Numbered from the stretch's first letter, positions 1 through 10,231 are shown. The stretch: DNA of 64,000 nucleotides from Candidatus Falkowbacteria bacterium (GCA_016214745.1 JACRNW010000001.1:67150-131149), one strand, 5' to 3'. The notes: a model not told the origin generated them from the letters alone. A program made the numbers and translations.

Positions 1-1176
1 TAATAATCGCTGAATATAATTTTCAATTTTAAAATCTTCCACTGATTTTGCGGCTGCCTGCCGCATTTTTTGTAATTCATCGCGACTTGAGGCGGCCTGT
101 TTCAGGGCGCGCGCCAAATTTTCGGCGTTGCCTGCTTCAAATGTAAAACCATTTTCGTTATCATGGACAAGTTCAGCCACGCCCCCGATCTTCGCGGCTA
201 AAACCGGCACACCAGCGGCTAAACTTTCATAAATCACACTTGGTGAATTTTCATAGCAGAGCGACGGCACGACTGTTAAATCAACCAAATTAAAAATTTT
301 AACTGCTTCTTCTCCGACTAGTTTCCCGTGAATGACAAATCGCAAATCGTTACCAACCATTTTTTTTAGCTCTTCCATTCTTGATCCGTCGCCGGCAATA
401 TGGAGCTTAAAATCAATGTCTAATTTTTTCAAAACTTCCACTAAAAATAAAATTCCTTTGTGCTCTTCAATCTGGCCAAGATAAAGAAGTTTTAAAATAC
501 TATTATCCATTGGAATGCCGGCCGGATAAATCCGTTCCACCGGATTTGGCAGAACTACTTTTTTTGATTTTTTAAAAAATCCTTTTGATGCGTAAAAACC
601 CAAAAGCCATTTTGACGGCGAGACAACAACATCGGGTGAATCAAATAATTGCCGGCAAGCGGCCTCGTAAATTTTTCTAAGCCAAGTTCTCTGCTCCCAA
701 TTTTTTTCCTGACCGGAAATAATTAGCCCGCTTGGTACGGCGAGTTGCACGTCGTGCAAAGTGTGGATGTGTTTTATTTTTAATTTTCTTATCGCGCGGG
801 GAATTAAAAATCCGATCCCCATCAAATTGTGAGTCAGAACAAGATCTGGTTTTTCTTCGCGCAAAATCTTTTTCACCGCTCTCGCACTCTGGCAATTAAA
901 CATATCCCAAAAGTGCCACTTCGCGCGCCAAAGAGCGTTATGTTTATAATCGTTTAAATAATAAAAAATGTTCGCCGGATAAAAACGGTAAACTTTTATT
1001 CCGCCCTCCGCCGCCGCAACGGGCTTAAACGACGCCCACCCATCCCACGGTTTTGTTGAAATAACAAAAACCTCGTGGCCGGCGGCGGCTAAACCTCGGG
1101 CCACTCGTTCGGCCACTCTTTCCGCTCCCCCGCGGGAAATCGGCGGATACAAATTGGAGATTAGACAAATTTTCAT
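1..1176 (-). CDS. Glycosyltransferase family 4, runs off the left edge (absent from ORF track because no stop is in the window)
   Basis: Manual translation from ATG at 1176 gives MKICLISNLYPPISRGGAERVAERVARGLAAAGHEV...; C-terminal GT-B motif VPSLCYENSPSVIYESLAAG. Confidence 0.85.
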   Translation of the reverse strand, partial: MKICLISNLYPPISRGGAERVAERVARGLAAAGHEVFVISTKPWDGWASFKPVAAAEGGIKVYRFYPANIFYYLNDYKHNALWRAKWHFWDMFNCQSARAVKKILREEKPDLVLTHNLMGIGFLIPRAIRKLKIKHIHTLHDVQLAVPSGLIISGQEKNWEQRTWLRKIYEAACRQLFDSPDVVVSPSKWLLGFYASKGFFKKSKKVVLPNPVERIYPAGIPMDNSILKLLYLGQIEEHKGILFLVEVLKKLDIDFKLHIAGDGSRMEELKKMVGNDLRFVIHGKLVGEEAVKIFNLVDLTVVPSLCYENSPSVIYESLAAGVPVLAAKIGGVAELVHDNENGFTFEAGNAENLARALKQAASSRDELQKMRQAAAKSVEDFKIENYIQRLL

Positions 1177-1308
1177 AACTGCTACAAATTATAACTCTAC
1201 AAATTACAAATCATTTACAAATATACGAATAACGGCAAGGAACATTTTTTTAAATTAACGCGTTAGCAAGAATTTGTACATTTGTACAAAATTTGTAATT
1301 TGTAGTGC

Positions 1309-2406
1309 CTATTGGCATAAGACTTTTTCTAATCGTTCACCGATTTTTTTCAAATCATATTTTTCTAAAACTCTCTGCCGTCCGTTTTTACCAAAATCTT
1401 TGGCCGCGGCGAAATTGACCAAAACGCTGCCTGACGTTACCGTAAATCCATTCACGCCATATTCAACCACGCTCCGCACGCCGGGCAAATTTGAGGCGAC
1501 TACCGGTTTTCCGGAAGCGCTCGCTTCAATCAAAACTATGCCAAACGCTTCGGACTGGTCAAGCGAAGGCAGGACGACAACATCAGCCAAATTGTAATAA
1601 TCCGGCAAATCTTCCGCCGCGAGCGACCCGGCAAAAATTATCTGATCTTTTAGATTTAGATTCGCCACTATTTTTTCATAATGCGGACGTAAATCGCCGT
1701 CGCCCACCACTAAAACTTTAGCAACTGGCGTTTCGGCTTTAGCCCGAATTAAAACCTCCAACCCTTTAAAATAATGCGCCTTGTCCAGCCCGCCGACGAA
1801 TAAAATCGTTCGGGCGGTAAACAGATTAAACTTTTTAAAAAGATCTTGCTTTGCCTCAGCCGGTGAAAATTTTTCCGCGTCAACTCCAAATGGCACTTCA
1901 AAAAACTTCTCCTGATTTTTTTCTAAAATTTCTTTGATATTGGAATTCTTAGCGTAATCCAGCGACGAAACAATAATTTTATCCGCCGCGCCTAAAATTT
2001 TTGGCATTAAATTTTTCGTGTGCCAGCGAAAAAACTTGCCGAGCAAACCTCGCCCCACGACATCGTGGTGATATGTAATAACAAATTTTATTTTTTTATT
2101 TTTTAATTTTTTATAAACAACCTCCGCGCCGCCAAAAAACGGATAATGTAAATGAATAACATCAAAATTATTTAACTTCCACCAAAGTTGCGGCAAAAAA
2201 GCCGCGTTGCCATATCTTAAAAATGGCCCGAGATGAAAGAGTTTAAATTTTTCTTTTAATTCATGGCCCTGGCCTCCCGGCCGGCGCGGCACAAAAACCG
2301 AAACGTCGTGGCCGCGGCGCGCTAATTCTTCCGCTTCGGTATAAGCGGCTGTTCCGATGCCGCCGCGATACGGCGGAAAAACCGGCGAAATAATAGCTAT
2401 CTTCAT
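1309..2406 (-). CDS. Glycosyltransferase family 4
   Basis: N-terminal PPYRGGIG; GT-B motif EAFGIVLIEASASGKPVV. Confidence 0.9.
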   Translation of the reverse strand: MKIAIISPVFPPYRGGIGTAAYTEAEELARRGHDVSVFVPRRPGGQGHELKEKFKLFHLGPFLRYGNAAFLPQLWWKLNNFDVIHLHYPFFGGAEVVYKKLKNKKIKFVITYHHDVVGRGLLGKFFRWHTKNLMPKILGAADKIIVSSLDYAKNSNIKEILEKNQEKFFEVPFGVDAEKFSPAEAKQDLFKKFNLFTARTILFVGGLDKAHYFKGLEVLIRAKAETPVAKVLVVGDGDLRPHYEKIVANLNLKDQIIFAGSLAAEDLPDYYNLADVVVLPSLDQSEAFGIVLIEASASGKPVVASNLPGVRSVVEYGVNGFTVTSGSVLVNFAAAKDFGKNGRQRVLEKYDLKKIGERLEKVLCQ

Positions 2407-2409
2407 AAT

Positions 2410-3468
2410 CTACCAAAAAATTAAATTTCGGACGACGCGCCAATAAAGATTAAAAACCGGATTAACAATATATTTCAAGATCGGGTTGGCGATTTCTTGA
2501 AATTCCAATTTACCAACAATCAGGCGCGCCAATTCCCTATCTTTTATTTTTCTCAATTTAGCTTTTGCTTTTTTATTCTTAATCATCCGCCGCCAATTTT
2601 TAAAATGAAAAAAATATCCGTAGGCCTTAATTTTTGTCCAAAACATTCCGCGGAGCGCCGCGTAAGCGAGCATTCCGAGTTCCATAAACAAAAATGGCAG
2701 AAAAATTAAAATCAGCGTACCCAACCTATAATTTTCAAACATCATAATCATCCGGTTTCGTTCCATATAATAAAACTGCAAAATGCTCCGGGAAAATTGG
2801 TACTTGTGATACATCACGGATTTTTCCGCTAGCACTATTTTGTACCCAGCCTGCCTCACTCGCCAGGATAAATCCGTATCTTCGTGATACATAAAAAATT
2901 CCGAATCAAAAAGTCCTATCTCGCGCAAAACTTTCACTGGATAAAGAGCAGATGCGCCGGATGCATAAAAAAATTGTCTGGAAATCGGCGGTTTTAAATT
3001 AGAAATTTTTTCTCCATAGCCTTCACAAAATCCAAAACCCAGAAAATGCATCTGGTTGCCGAGCGAATTAATTTTTTCCGTTTCCGGATGAAGCCGGATT
3101 AAAGATTGAATCGCGCCAACGCTCCTATCCGCCTCGGCTGCCGCGACCAATTCGCGGAGCCACTCGGGATCGGCAATCGTATCCATATTAAAAAGAACTA
3201 TGTAATCATAGTTCGCGTCCAATGCCCGGCGCATGGCCAAATTACTTCCTTCGGCAAAACCAGAATTTTTTTCTTCCAAAATAATTTCCGCTTCCGGCGC
3301 CGTAGCGCGGAGATACGCCGCCGTTTCCGGCGTTGTCGCATTATCAACTATAAAAACCTTAAAGCTATCCTTGGGATAGCTTTGATTTCGGAGACTCGCG
3401 AGACATTCCGGAAGATATTTTTTCGCGTAGTCTTTATAATTGATGAGAATTACGGCAACCTTTGGCAT
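2410..3468 (-). CDS. Glycosyltransferase family 2 (rhamnosyltransferase-like)
   Basis: VIL.NY, IVDNA, NSGFAEGSN, LFNMD, FFMYHEDTDLSWR motifs. Confidence 0.9.
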   Translation of the reverse strand: MPKVAVILINYKDYAKKYLPECLASLRNQSYPKDSFKVFIVDNATTPETAAYLRATAPEAEIILEEKNSGFAEGSNLAMRRALDANYDYIVLFNMDTIADPEWLRELVAAAEADRSVGAIQSLIRLHPETEKINSLGNQMHFLGFGFCEGYGEKISNLKPPISRQFFYASGASALYPVKVLREIGLFDSEFFMYHEDTDLSWRVRQAGYKIVLAEKSVMYHKYQFSRSILQFYYMERNRMIMMFENYRLGTLILIFLPFLFMELGMLAYAALRGMFWTKIKAYGYFFHFKNWRRMIKNKKAKAKLRKIKDRELARLIVGKLEFQEIANPILKYIVNPVFNLYWRVVRNLIFW

Positions 3469-3483
3469 AAATTAACTCACAAT

Positions 3484-3843
3484 CTATGTTTTTTCGTTTG
3501 TCGTCTGCTGCCCATTATTATCCACTTCTTCTTTCATGGCCACTGTTCTGACGACTTTAGTAATATTTCTTTCAATTTTTTCAATTTTAATTGTCATCTG
3601 GAAAATAATGTAAAAAATCAAAACGATGGAAAGATAAACAATCAAATCAGCGCCGCGGCCCACGCCGACAAGCTCTGCCAAGTAACTCGTCGTATCGGGT
3701 AATAAAATAATTATTCCGACCACAAACCAAAACCCAATCCAAAAAATTACGTCTCTGGAAGTCAAAATCCCCTGCCGCCATTTTATAACCACGCGGTAGA
3801 TAATGAGCAAAATTAAAAAACTCAAAAGATACTGGATAAGCAT
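3484..3843 (-). CDS. DUF2304-family membrane protein
   Basis: Three TM segments, GVGRGADL motif, C-terminal coiled coil; adjacent to DPM-like GT2 as is typical. Confidence 0.8.
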   Translation of the reverse strand: MLIQYLLSFLILLIIYRVVIKWRQGILTSRDVIFWIGFWFVVGIIILLPDTTSYLAELVGVGRGADLIVYLSIVLIFYIIFQMTIKIEKIERNITKVVRTVAMKEEVDNNGQQTTNEKT

Positions 3844-3850
3844 ACAAAAA

Positions 3851-4516
3851 TTACTTTATATTTTTTCCTAAAAATAAATCAAACAAAATTCTTAAATAAT
3901 CGGGCAGACGTTGGCCGCGGCGAACTTGGGGTGAAAAATATTTAACCGTAACCGGAACTTCCTCGTAGCGCAAACTGTGCCGGCCAATTTTTTCCAAAAT
4001 TTCCGATGCATGCGCCATACGATTTTGTTCAATCGTAATTTTCTTTGCCGCCTCGCGCGAAAAAGCCCGAAAACCGTTATGAGTATCAGATAAATTAAGT
4101 CCTGAAGTCAGCCGAGTAAAAATCGTGGCACCTTTCAAAAAAAATCTTTTGACTGGAGGAATGTCTGATTTTCCAAAGCGAGCTCCCAAAACGACGTCGG
4201 CCCGACCTTCCGCCACCGGCTTTACCATGCTGACGATTTCTTCGGCGACAAACTGTCCGTCCGCGTCGTAAGTTATGATAATATCCGCTTCGCGTAAAAG
4301 CGCGATTCTTTTTCCGGTTTCAAGAGCCGCTCCCTGGCCGCGATTTATAAAATGAAAATAAACAATCGCCCCCGCTTTTTTCGCGTGTTCCATGGTGTGA
4401 TCGGTCGAACCATCATCAACCACCACGACTTCATTGACATACTTTTGCACTTCCATCACAACATCGGCAATGGTTCTCTCCTCATTGTAGGCGGGAATAA
4501 CCGCGATTGTTTTCAT
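3851..4516 (-). CDS. Glycosyltransferase family 2 (DPM1-like)
   Basis: IPAYNEE, VVDDGSTD, NRGQGAAL, YDADGQF, DTHNGFRAF. Confidence 0.9.
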   Translation of the reverse strand: MKTIAVIPAYNEERTIADVVMEVQKYVNEVVVVDDGSTDHTMEHAKKAGAIVYFHFINRGQGAALETGKRIALLREADIIITYDADGQFVAEEIVSMVKPVAEGRADVVLGARFGKSDIPPVKRFFLKGATIFTRLTSGLNLSDTHNGFRAFSREAAKKITIEQNRMAHASEILEKIGRHSLRYEEVPVTVKYFSPQVRRGQRLPDYLRILFDLFLGKNIK

Positions 4517-4536
4517 ATTAAATATTTAAATACTGT

Positions 4537-5562
4537 TTATCTTTGATCAACCATCCCCTGCTGCCGGAGGAGTGGCTTATATGCCTGAGTATAATCAATA
4601 CTTTTTTGCAAACCGTCTTCAAGCCGAACGAGCGGTACCCAACCCAAAAGTTCTTTTGCCTTGCTCGTATCCGGCAAACCGAGCGCCGTCATAAAAAGCA
4701 ATGGTTTTTCAAAAATGATTTTTGATTCAGAGCCGGTCATGACAATAATTTTTTCCGCCACATCAAATAATTTTAAATCTTCATTACTTCCGAGATTCAC
4801 GGGGCCAATGTCGGCCGGCGCGGCCATAAGTTTTATAAGTCCGGAAACGACATCGTCAACATAACAAAGCGAAGTGGAAAAATTCTTATCGCCGTAAATA
4901 ATCAAATCTTTATTGTCCAACGCATCAATGATAAAATCCGGAACCATTTCTCCGTCAAATAATCTTTCTCGCGGACCGTAAGTTCTGAAAATTCTCGCGA
5001 TTTTTGCGTCAAGATTGTGCGCTTCACGGTAGGTACCCACCATTGTTTCAGAAAATCTTTTTCCTTCATCATAACAACCGCGCGGCGTCAAATGATCAAC
5101 GCAACCCAAGTCTCCTTCCTTAAATAATTCCTTATCTTCTTGCCGCGGCCCGTAAACCACTGATGAAGAAGTATGAACAAATTTCGCTTTATATTTTACC
5201 GCTAAATCCAAAACATTCTTCATTCCCACCGAATTCGCCGCGAGCGTCGCTATTTTAAACTTATCAAAATCTTTGGCTGAGGTCGGGCAGGCTAGATTAT
5301 AAATTTCCTGAAGTCCTTGAAATTTTATTTTAAAACGTTCGAGCTCCGGGAAAGATTCTAAATCAATCGGCTCAACTACATCATGGCGGATAAAAGCAAA
5401 ATCCGGATGCTGCAGAAGAAAATCAATATTTGAAACATTGCCTGTGGCAAAATTGTCCAGACAAATTACGCGGCTAGTTTTAATTAATTTTTCGCAAAGA
5501 TGCGAACCGATAAAACCAGCCCCGCCAGTTACTAAAACATTTTTCTTTTCCAACGATGCCAT
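4537..5562 (-). CDS. NAD-dependent epimerase/dehydratase, UDP-glucuronate decarboxylase-like
   Basis: VTGGAGFIGSHLC, NLACP, YDEGKR (YxxxK), ARIF.TYGPR. Confidence 0.85.
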   Translation of the reverse strand: MASLEKKNVLVTGGAGFIGSHLCEKLIKTSRVICLDNFATGNVSNIDFLLQHPDFAFIRHDVVEPIDLESFPELERFKIKFQGLQEIYNLACPTSAKDFDKFKIATLAANSVGMKNVLDLAVKYKAKFVHTSSSVVYGPRQEDKELFKEGDLGCVDHLTPRGCYDEGKRFSETMVGTYREAHNLDAKIARIFRTYGPRERLFDGEMVPDFIIDALDNKDLIIYGDKNFSTSLCYVDDVVSGLIKLMAAPADIGPVNLGSNEDLKLFDVAEKIIVMTGSESKIIFEKPLLFMTALGLPDTSKAKELLGWVPLVRLEDGLQKSIDYTQAYKPLLRQQGMVDQR

Positions 5563-5583
5563 ATTTTTATATTTTATATTTTC

Positions 5584-5613
5584 TCCGCCATGGGCGGATC
5601 CGCCTCCGGCGGA
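5584..5613. repeat. Double REP-like palindrome (TCCGCC-N3-GGCGGA) x2
   Basis: tccgccatgggcgga tccgcctccggcgga, intergenic. Confidence 0.6.
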
Positions 5614-5628
5614 AATTTAAATTTTAAA

Positions 5629-7848
5629 TTATCTAATTACTCCAACGTTTATGCCGCCCTTAAAATCCTGACTGAAAGAAAAAAATTCTTTGCGCAAAAA
5701 TCCTTTATTGTTGTAAATCTTAATTTGCGGCCCGCTACCCGGCCCGCCGCCAACAATGATTTCAGACACCTTATCACCGTCAAGATCGCCCAAAGCCAAA
5801 GTTACTCCTCCAGTTAAATTAGTGAACGGAGAAAATTTTAATTTCAAGGTCACATATTGTCCGTAAATTCTTACTTCTCCGCCATTGCTCATTTTTGTGA
5901 CGGCAATTTCGGCGATTTGATCGCCATCAGTGTCGCCCGCGGCCACCCGAAGACCGTTTTTGTATTCTTTTTCAAACGCCAAAAATTGAGTATTTAAATT
6001 TCCCCTTGAATCAAAAACTTTAACCATCGGTTCCAAGCCGTTGCCCGGTGCGACAATAATATCTGCCTTGCCGTCGCCGTCAACGTCTCCGGCCGCCACA
6101 TTTACGCCACCGCGGAAAGTTGTGGGGAAAGCCATGAACCCGCCAATCGGTGTGCCGTCCTGGCGGAAAATTCTGACATGCGGCCCGCCGCCTGGTCCGG
6201 CGCCGGTAATGATTTCGCTCTTGCCGTCGCCGTCAACGTCTCCGGCCGCCACATTTACGCCGCCGCGAAAAGTTGTAATATAGGCCATAAACCCGCTAAC
6301 CGGCGTGCCGTCCTGGCGGAAAATTCTGACATGCGGCCCGCCACCCGGTCCGGCGCCGGTAATGATTTCGCCGGCTCCGTCACCATTTAAATCGCCCGAA
6401 GCGAGACTTACTCCGCCCAAAAAACTCGTTGTGTAAGCTAAAAAACTTTTTAAGAAAGATGAATCTTCTTTAAATATTTTTACTTCCGGTTTTAACGCGG
6501 AGGCCGGGGCAACAAAAATATTTCCCCTTCGAAGCGCGAACGGCGAACTCTCCACTGTTAGGGCGGCGGCTTCAATTGTCCGAGTAATATTTAATCGTCC
6601 TTTCCCCAATTTCCCCGCGTATTCCGGATTTAAACTATCAATGTTGTCGGCGTTCACGGTAAGTAAATTTCTCACTTCGGGAACGCCGAGATTTGGATTT
6701 AAAGATTTAATCAACGCGGCAGTTCCGGCGACAAGCGGCGCGGCTACCGACGATCCCGACCAACCGCCGCTATAATATTCAGTAAATTGCGGCATACCAG
6801 GATTGTAAGCAACCGTGCTCCAAATATCAACGCCCGGCGCGGAAACGTCAACGCATTTTGTTCCGTAATTGGAAAACTCCGCTTTTTTATCATCTTTGTC
6901 CGTAGCGGCCACGCCAATCACGACATTTTCCCCGTCGCCACCATAATAGCAAACCGGATAAAGCGGTTCTTCATCTAAATCTTTTCCTGCGCCGCCCTGA
7001 TTTCCCACGGCGGCCACCACAATCACGCCGGCATTGTAAGCCCGCTCCAGTGCGAGAAATAAACTTTTACTGAAACCTGAACCGATAAAACTCAAATTAA
7101 TTACGTCCGCTCCCTTTTCCACGGCATAATCAATACCTTCAATAACAGTTAAGACATCGCCCGAACCGGCTGAATCCAAAACGCGGACCGACATAATCTT
7201 AGATTTCCACGCCACGCCGGCAATGCCTCTCGCGTTATTTCCAACTGCGGCGGCAACTCCGGCAATAATTGTCCCATGATCAATTCCCTCTTTAGTAAAC
7301 CACCATTCTTTAAAATCCGGCCGCGGATTATTGTCGCCGGCGACAAAATCCCAGCCGTTCACGTCGTCAACATAAATATTACCATCATTATCCGCGCCGT
7401 CGTTTGGCACCTCACCTTTGTTGACCCAAATATTATCTTTCAAATCTGGATGATCAAGGTCTACGCCCGTGTCCAAAACGGCAATCACCGTTTCGGGAGA
7501 ACCCGAAGTTTTTTCCCATCCGCCCCACACTCTAACTTTGTCCAAGTACCACTGCTCAACGATGTACGGATCGTTCATGGTAATCGCTTCGGCTGTCATT
7601 TTGTAATTCGGTTCGGCAAATTCAACATCAGCTCGGCTTTCATAAGCAGAAACGGCTCCCAAGACACTCTCGCCCGGCGCGAGCGATATTTTTTCTATCT
7701 GTGGATTGCCTTTAAATTTTACTAAAACTTCACTCAATTCATAGGCCCCGTTTGAAGCAACGTTAAAATCGGCGCTCACAGTCGGAAGTGGCCCTAAAAT
7801 TAGAGCAAATAAACTAAAAATTACCACTAAGTTTAATTTCTTAGCCAT
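5629..7848 (-). CDS. Secreted S8 (subtilisin-like) serine peptidase with C-terminal FG-GAP-type repeats
   Basis: Signal peptide; catalytic VLDTG, HGT, GSSVAAP; repeats GDVDGDGK.EIITGAGPGGGPHVRIF. Confidence 0.9.
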   Translation of the reverse strand: MAKKLNLVVIFSLFALILGPLPTVSADFNVASNGAYELSEVLVKFKGNPQIEKISLAPGESVLGAVSAYESRADVEFAEPNYKMTAEAITMNDPYIVEQWYLDKVRVWGGWEKTSGSPETVIAVLDTGVDLDHPDLKDNIWVNKGEVPNDGADNDGNIYVDDVNGWDFVAGDNNPRPDFKEWWFTKEGIDHGTIIAGVAAAVGNNARGIAGVAWKSKIMSVRVLDSAGSGDVLTVIEGIDYAVEKGADVINLSFIGSGFSKSLFLALERAYNAGVIVVAAVGNQGGAGKDLDEEPLYPVCYYGGDGENVVIGVAATDKDDKKAEFSNYGTKCVDVSAPGVDIWSTVAYNPGMPQFTEYYSGGWSGSSVAAPLVAGTAALIKSLNPNLGVPEVRNLLTVNADNIDSLNPEYAGKLGKGRLNITRTIEAAALTVESSPFALRRGNIFVAPASALKPEVKIFKEDSSFLKSFLAYTTSFLGGVSLASGDLNGDGAGEIITGAGPGGGPHVRIFRQDGTPVSGFMAYITTFRGGVNVAAGDVDGDGKSEIITGAGPGGGPHVRIFRQDGTPIGGFMAFPTTFRGGVNVAAGDVDGDGKADIIVAPGNGLEPMVKVFDSRGNLNTQFLAFEKEYKNGLRVAAGDTDGDQIAEIAVTKMSNGGEVRIYGQYVTLKLKFSPFTNLTGGVTLALGDLDGDKVSEIIVGGGPGSGPQIKIYNNKGFLRKEFFSFSQDFKGGINVGVIR

Positions 7849-7849
7849 A

Positions 7850-8129
7850 CCCCGTTAGAAGCCCTTGGCAAAAAAGAATTTTAAGCGATTGCTGAGATAA
7901 CGTTTTCCCATACCGGATTTAAGATATCTTTCTTGCGCACGAGCGTCTTCTCTATTTAAACATGCTTCATAATAAATTAATTTCCACGGAGCCCCATATT
8001 TAGTTGATTTATTCTTGCGAGAATTATGCCTTAAAATTCTTTTTTCAAATCGCAAGTTGAACCTATATACTTTTTCTTTGTTTTATCGCTAAAAATAAGA
8101 TAAACACACCATATAGGCTTCTAACGGGG
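7850..8129. mobile_element. MITE-like element with 14-bp terminal inverted repeats and CATA/TATG target duplication, carrying a GIY-YIG gene
   Basis: CATA|CCCCGTTAGAAGCC ... GGCTTCTAACGGGG|CATA; the left CATA is the S8 gene start codon. Confidence 0.8.
7855..8114 (-). pseudogene. GIY-YIG nuclease family protein, frameshifted, start codon ATA
   Basis: WCVYLIFSDKTKKKYIGSTCDLKK in one frame, then RILRHN..KSTKYGAPWKLIYYEA..A..ERYLKSG.G in another; shift in an A6 run near 8040; stop codon lies in the inverted repeat. Confidence 0.75.
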
Positions 8130-8220
8130 CATATTAAAAGATTATACCACTTTTATTTTAAAAAACAAACCCACCTAATTTCTTAAAGAAAAGACGGGTT
8201 TATTTGATTTATTTAATGGT

Positions 8221-10101
8221 TTAGTACAAGTCGCTGATCGTCCTTGTGGTCGCCTCAACTGAAACCTTGCTGTAATCCGCGGTTGAACTGACGTCCGCTC
8301 CGGCTACGGCATTGCCGTAATTTGTTTTGTACACTTCCGGCACGGCGATAATTTTCTTTTCCCAATCAGCGCCGTAAAGCGAAGTCGCAACAGAGGCAGA
8401 AGTAATCCAGCGCAATTGGCCCGTGGCAGTTAAGACATAAACCTTTGGATCAAGAACGCGGAAAGGCGTATCCATACTGACAAACTGAACTAGAAAAGTG
8501 CCTGGTTTCGCGAGCACATTGCCGCCAAATGGAACCGACGTCACGATGGTGTGGCTCACAGTTTTAATGGTGGAAAAATTAGTATACCAGGAAAAATAAA
8601 TTGCCTGAGTCGGGAAAACATATCTCTTGCCGTTATCCGCGTAATAATAAACTGCTGTGCTTCCGGCCTCTTTAAACAAATCGCCGTAAACCAAGGTTGA
8701 AGTGCCTGTGAAAGTGACGGTCGTAGTCTGAGAAATTGTTACCCCGTCTGCTATGGCAGTTAGAGTCGCTGTACCAGTCGCTCCTGATCTGACTTGGAAA
8801 GTTGCCTGGCCTGAAGAATTGGTCGTTCCGTCAACGATCGTAATTGCGTCAGATGAACCGCGGTTGGACGACAAGGTTACGGTTTTACCGGAAAGAAGAG
8901 CATCAGAAGCGTCACGAACAGTTACATAAACCACTGAGTAAGAACTGCCGTCGGCCACTACTGAAGCCGGGATCGCGAGAACACTTGACCTTGAGGCGGA
9001 AACAGAACTGGAAACTACTCCGGTGAAGACAACGCTGGCCGTTTGGTCAACTGTTACGCCATCAGCCACCGCAGTAAAAGTGGCGCTGCCCGGCGTGTTG
9101 GAATGAGCTTGAAAATAAGCTTTGCCGGACGCGTCTGTCGTCCCATTAACAATTGCGATTGTGTCAGTCGCTCCACGGCTTGATGACACCGTCACGGTTT
9201 TACCGGAGAGCGCGCTGCCGGAAGAATTTTTTATTGTCGCGATAATTACCGAGACGGAAGAACCATCAGCTGTCACTGATGTTGGGGAAGCGGAAACCGT
9301 TGACAGGCTCGCGGAAACCGCGAGAGCCGGATCAGTGCCAGTTCTAAAACTCCAAGGATTTGTTATCGCGGGAGAGGCGCCGGAAGAAAGTAAATATCCG
9401 ACCAAATCTTCACCGCTCGTTGAAACAGTGATGTTCGTATCATAAGGAGGAGATGTTAATCTTGACCGAGTAACCGTTTTATCACCGTCACTCCAAGCAG
9501 GCATCAACCAACTTCCGGAACTGATGGAAAGCGAAGTCGCACTGGTCTGCATCGGTTCGGAAAAAGTCACTCTAATATATGAAAGCGTAGTGCTGACTCC
9601 AGTTGCTCCGGCCGTCGGGACGGTAGAAATAATAACCGGCGAAGCATTATCGTCAACATTTCTGAGCGGCTGGGTTGGAGCTCCTACACCCGAAACCGTA
9701 ACACTGTCCAAAGTTCCTAAATTTTTGTACTGGAGATCTGCCTGGACATACATAGTTGCCGGGTAGCCGGTTTCATTTGCGTCGCCGGAAACAAGAAGAT
9801 AAAAATAATTTGTTGTGCCGTTACAATCAAAATCTCCGCCCACACCATTTAACCTGCCCGTCGGCGCGGTCAGTCCAATACTTCCGGCGCCCACAGCCCA
9901 ATCGCCCGCTTCAAATTTGCAACTTGTTACCGCTAAATCAAAAGTCACTTTAAGACGGTCGATCGTGCCGTTGTGATCAAAATCCGAAAAAGCGACTGAC
10001 GTTAAAGTCGGCGTCCAGGCGTTTGCCGTTTGCGGTAGCATATTTACCCCGCTTACGGTCAAGACCATCGCGACCATGAGAAAAATTCTAAAGGTTTTCA
10101 T
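8221..10101 (-). CDS. Secreted surface protein with Ig-like (Big_5/Big_1-like) domains and shared C-terminal domain
   Basis: Signal peptide; invasin-like repeats VTADG..VTVRDAS..LSGKTVTL; C-terminal GDLFKE..TAVYYYADNGKRYVFP. Confidence 0.75.
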   Translation of the reverse strand: MKTFRIFLMVAMVLTVSGVNMLPQTANAWTPTLTSVAFSDFDHNGTIDRLKVTFDLAVTSCKFEAGDWAVGAGSIGLTAPTGRLNGVGGDFDCNGTTNYFYLLVSGDANETGYPATMYVQADLQYKNLGTLDSVTVSGVGAPTQPLRNVDDNASPVIISTVPTAGATGVSTTLSYIRVTFSEPMQTSATSLSISSGSWLMPAWSDGDKTVTRSRLTSPPYDTNITVSTSGEDLVGYLLSSGASPAITNPWSFRTGTDPALAVSASLSTVSASPTSVTADGSSVSVIIATIKNSSGSALSGKTVTVSSSRGATDTIAIVNGTTDASGKAYFQAHSNTPGSATFTAVADGVTVDQTASVVFTGVVSSSVSASRSSVLAIPASVVADGSSYSVVYVTVRDASDALLSGKTVTLSSNRGSSDAITIVDGTTNSSGQATFQVRSGATGTATLTAIADGVTISQTTTVTFTGTSTLVYGDLFKEAGSTAVYYYADNGKRYVFPTQAIYFSWYTNFSTIKTVSHTIVTSVPFGGNVLAKPGTFLVQFVSMDTPFRVLDPKVYVLTATGQLRWITSASVATSLYGADWEKKIIAVPEVYKTNYGNAVAGADVSSTADYSKVSVEATTRTISDLY

Positions 10102-10231
10102 AATTTTTAATTAAAATTAAATTAAGATTTAGAAGGCCGCTTTAGGCGACCCCTCTGCTTATATAAGACGAATAATGCGCCTAATTATTTCAATCTCACG
10201 TTAATTTAGTATACCAAAAAATACCGGAACT

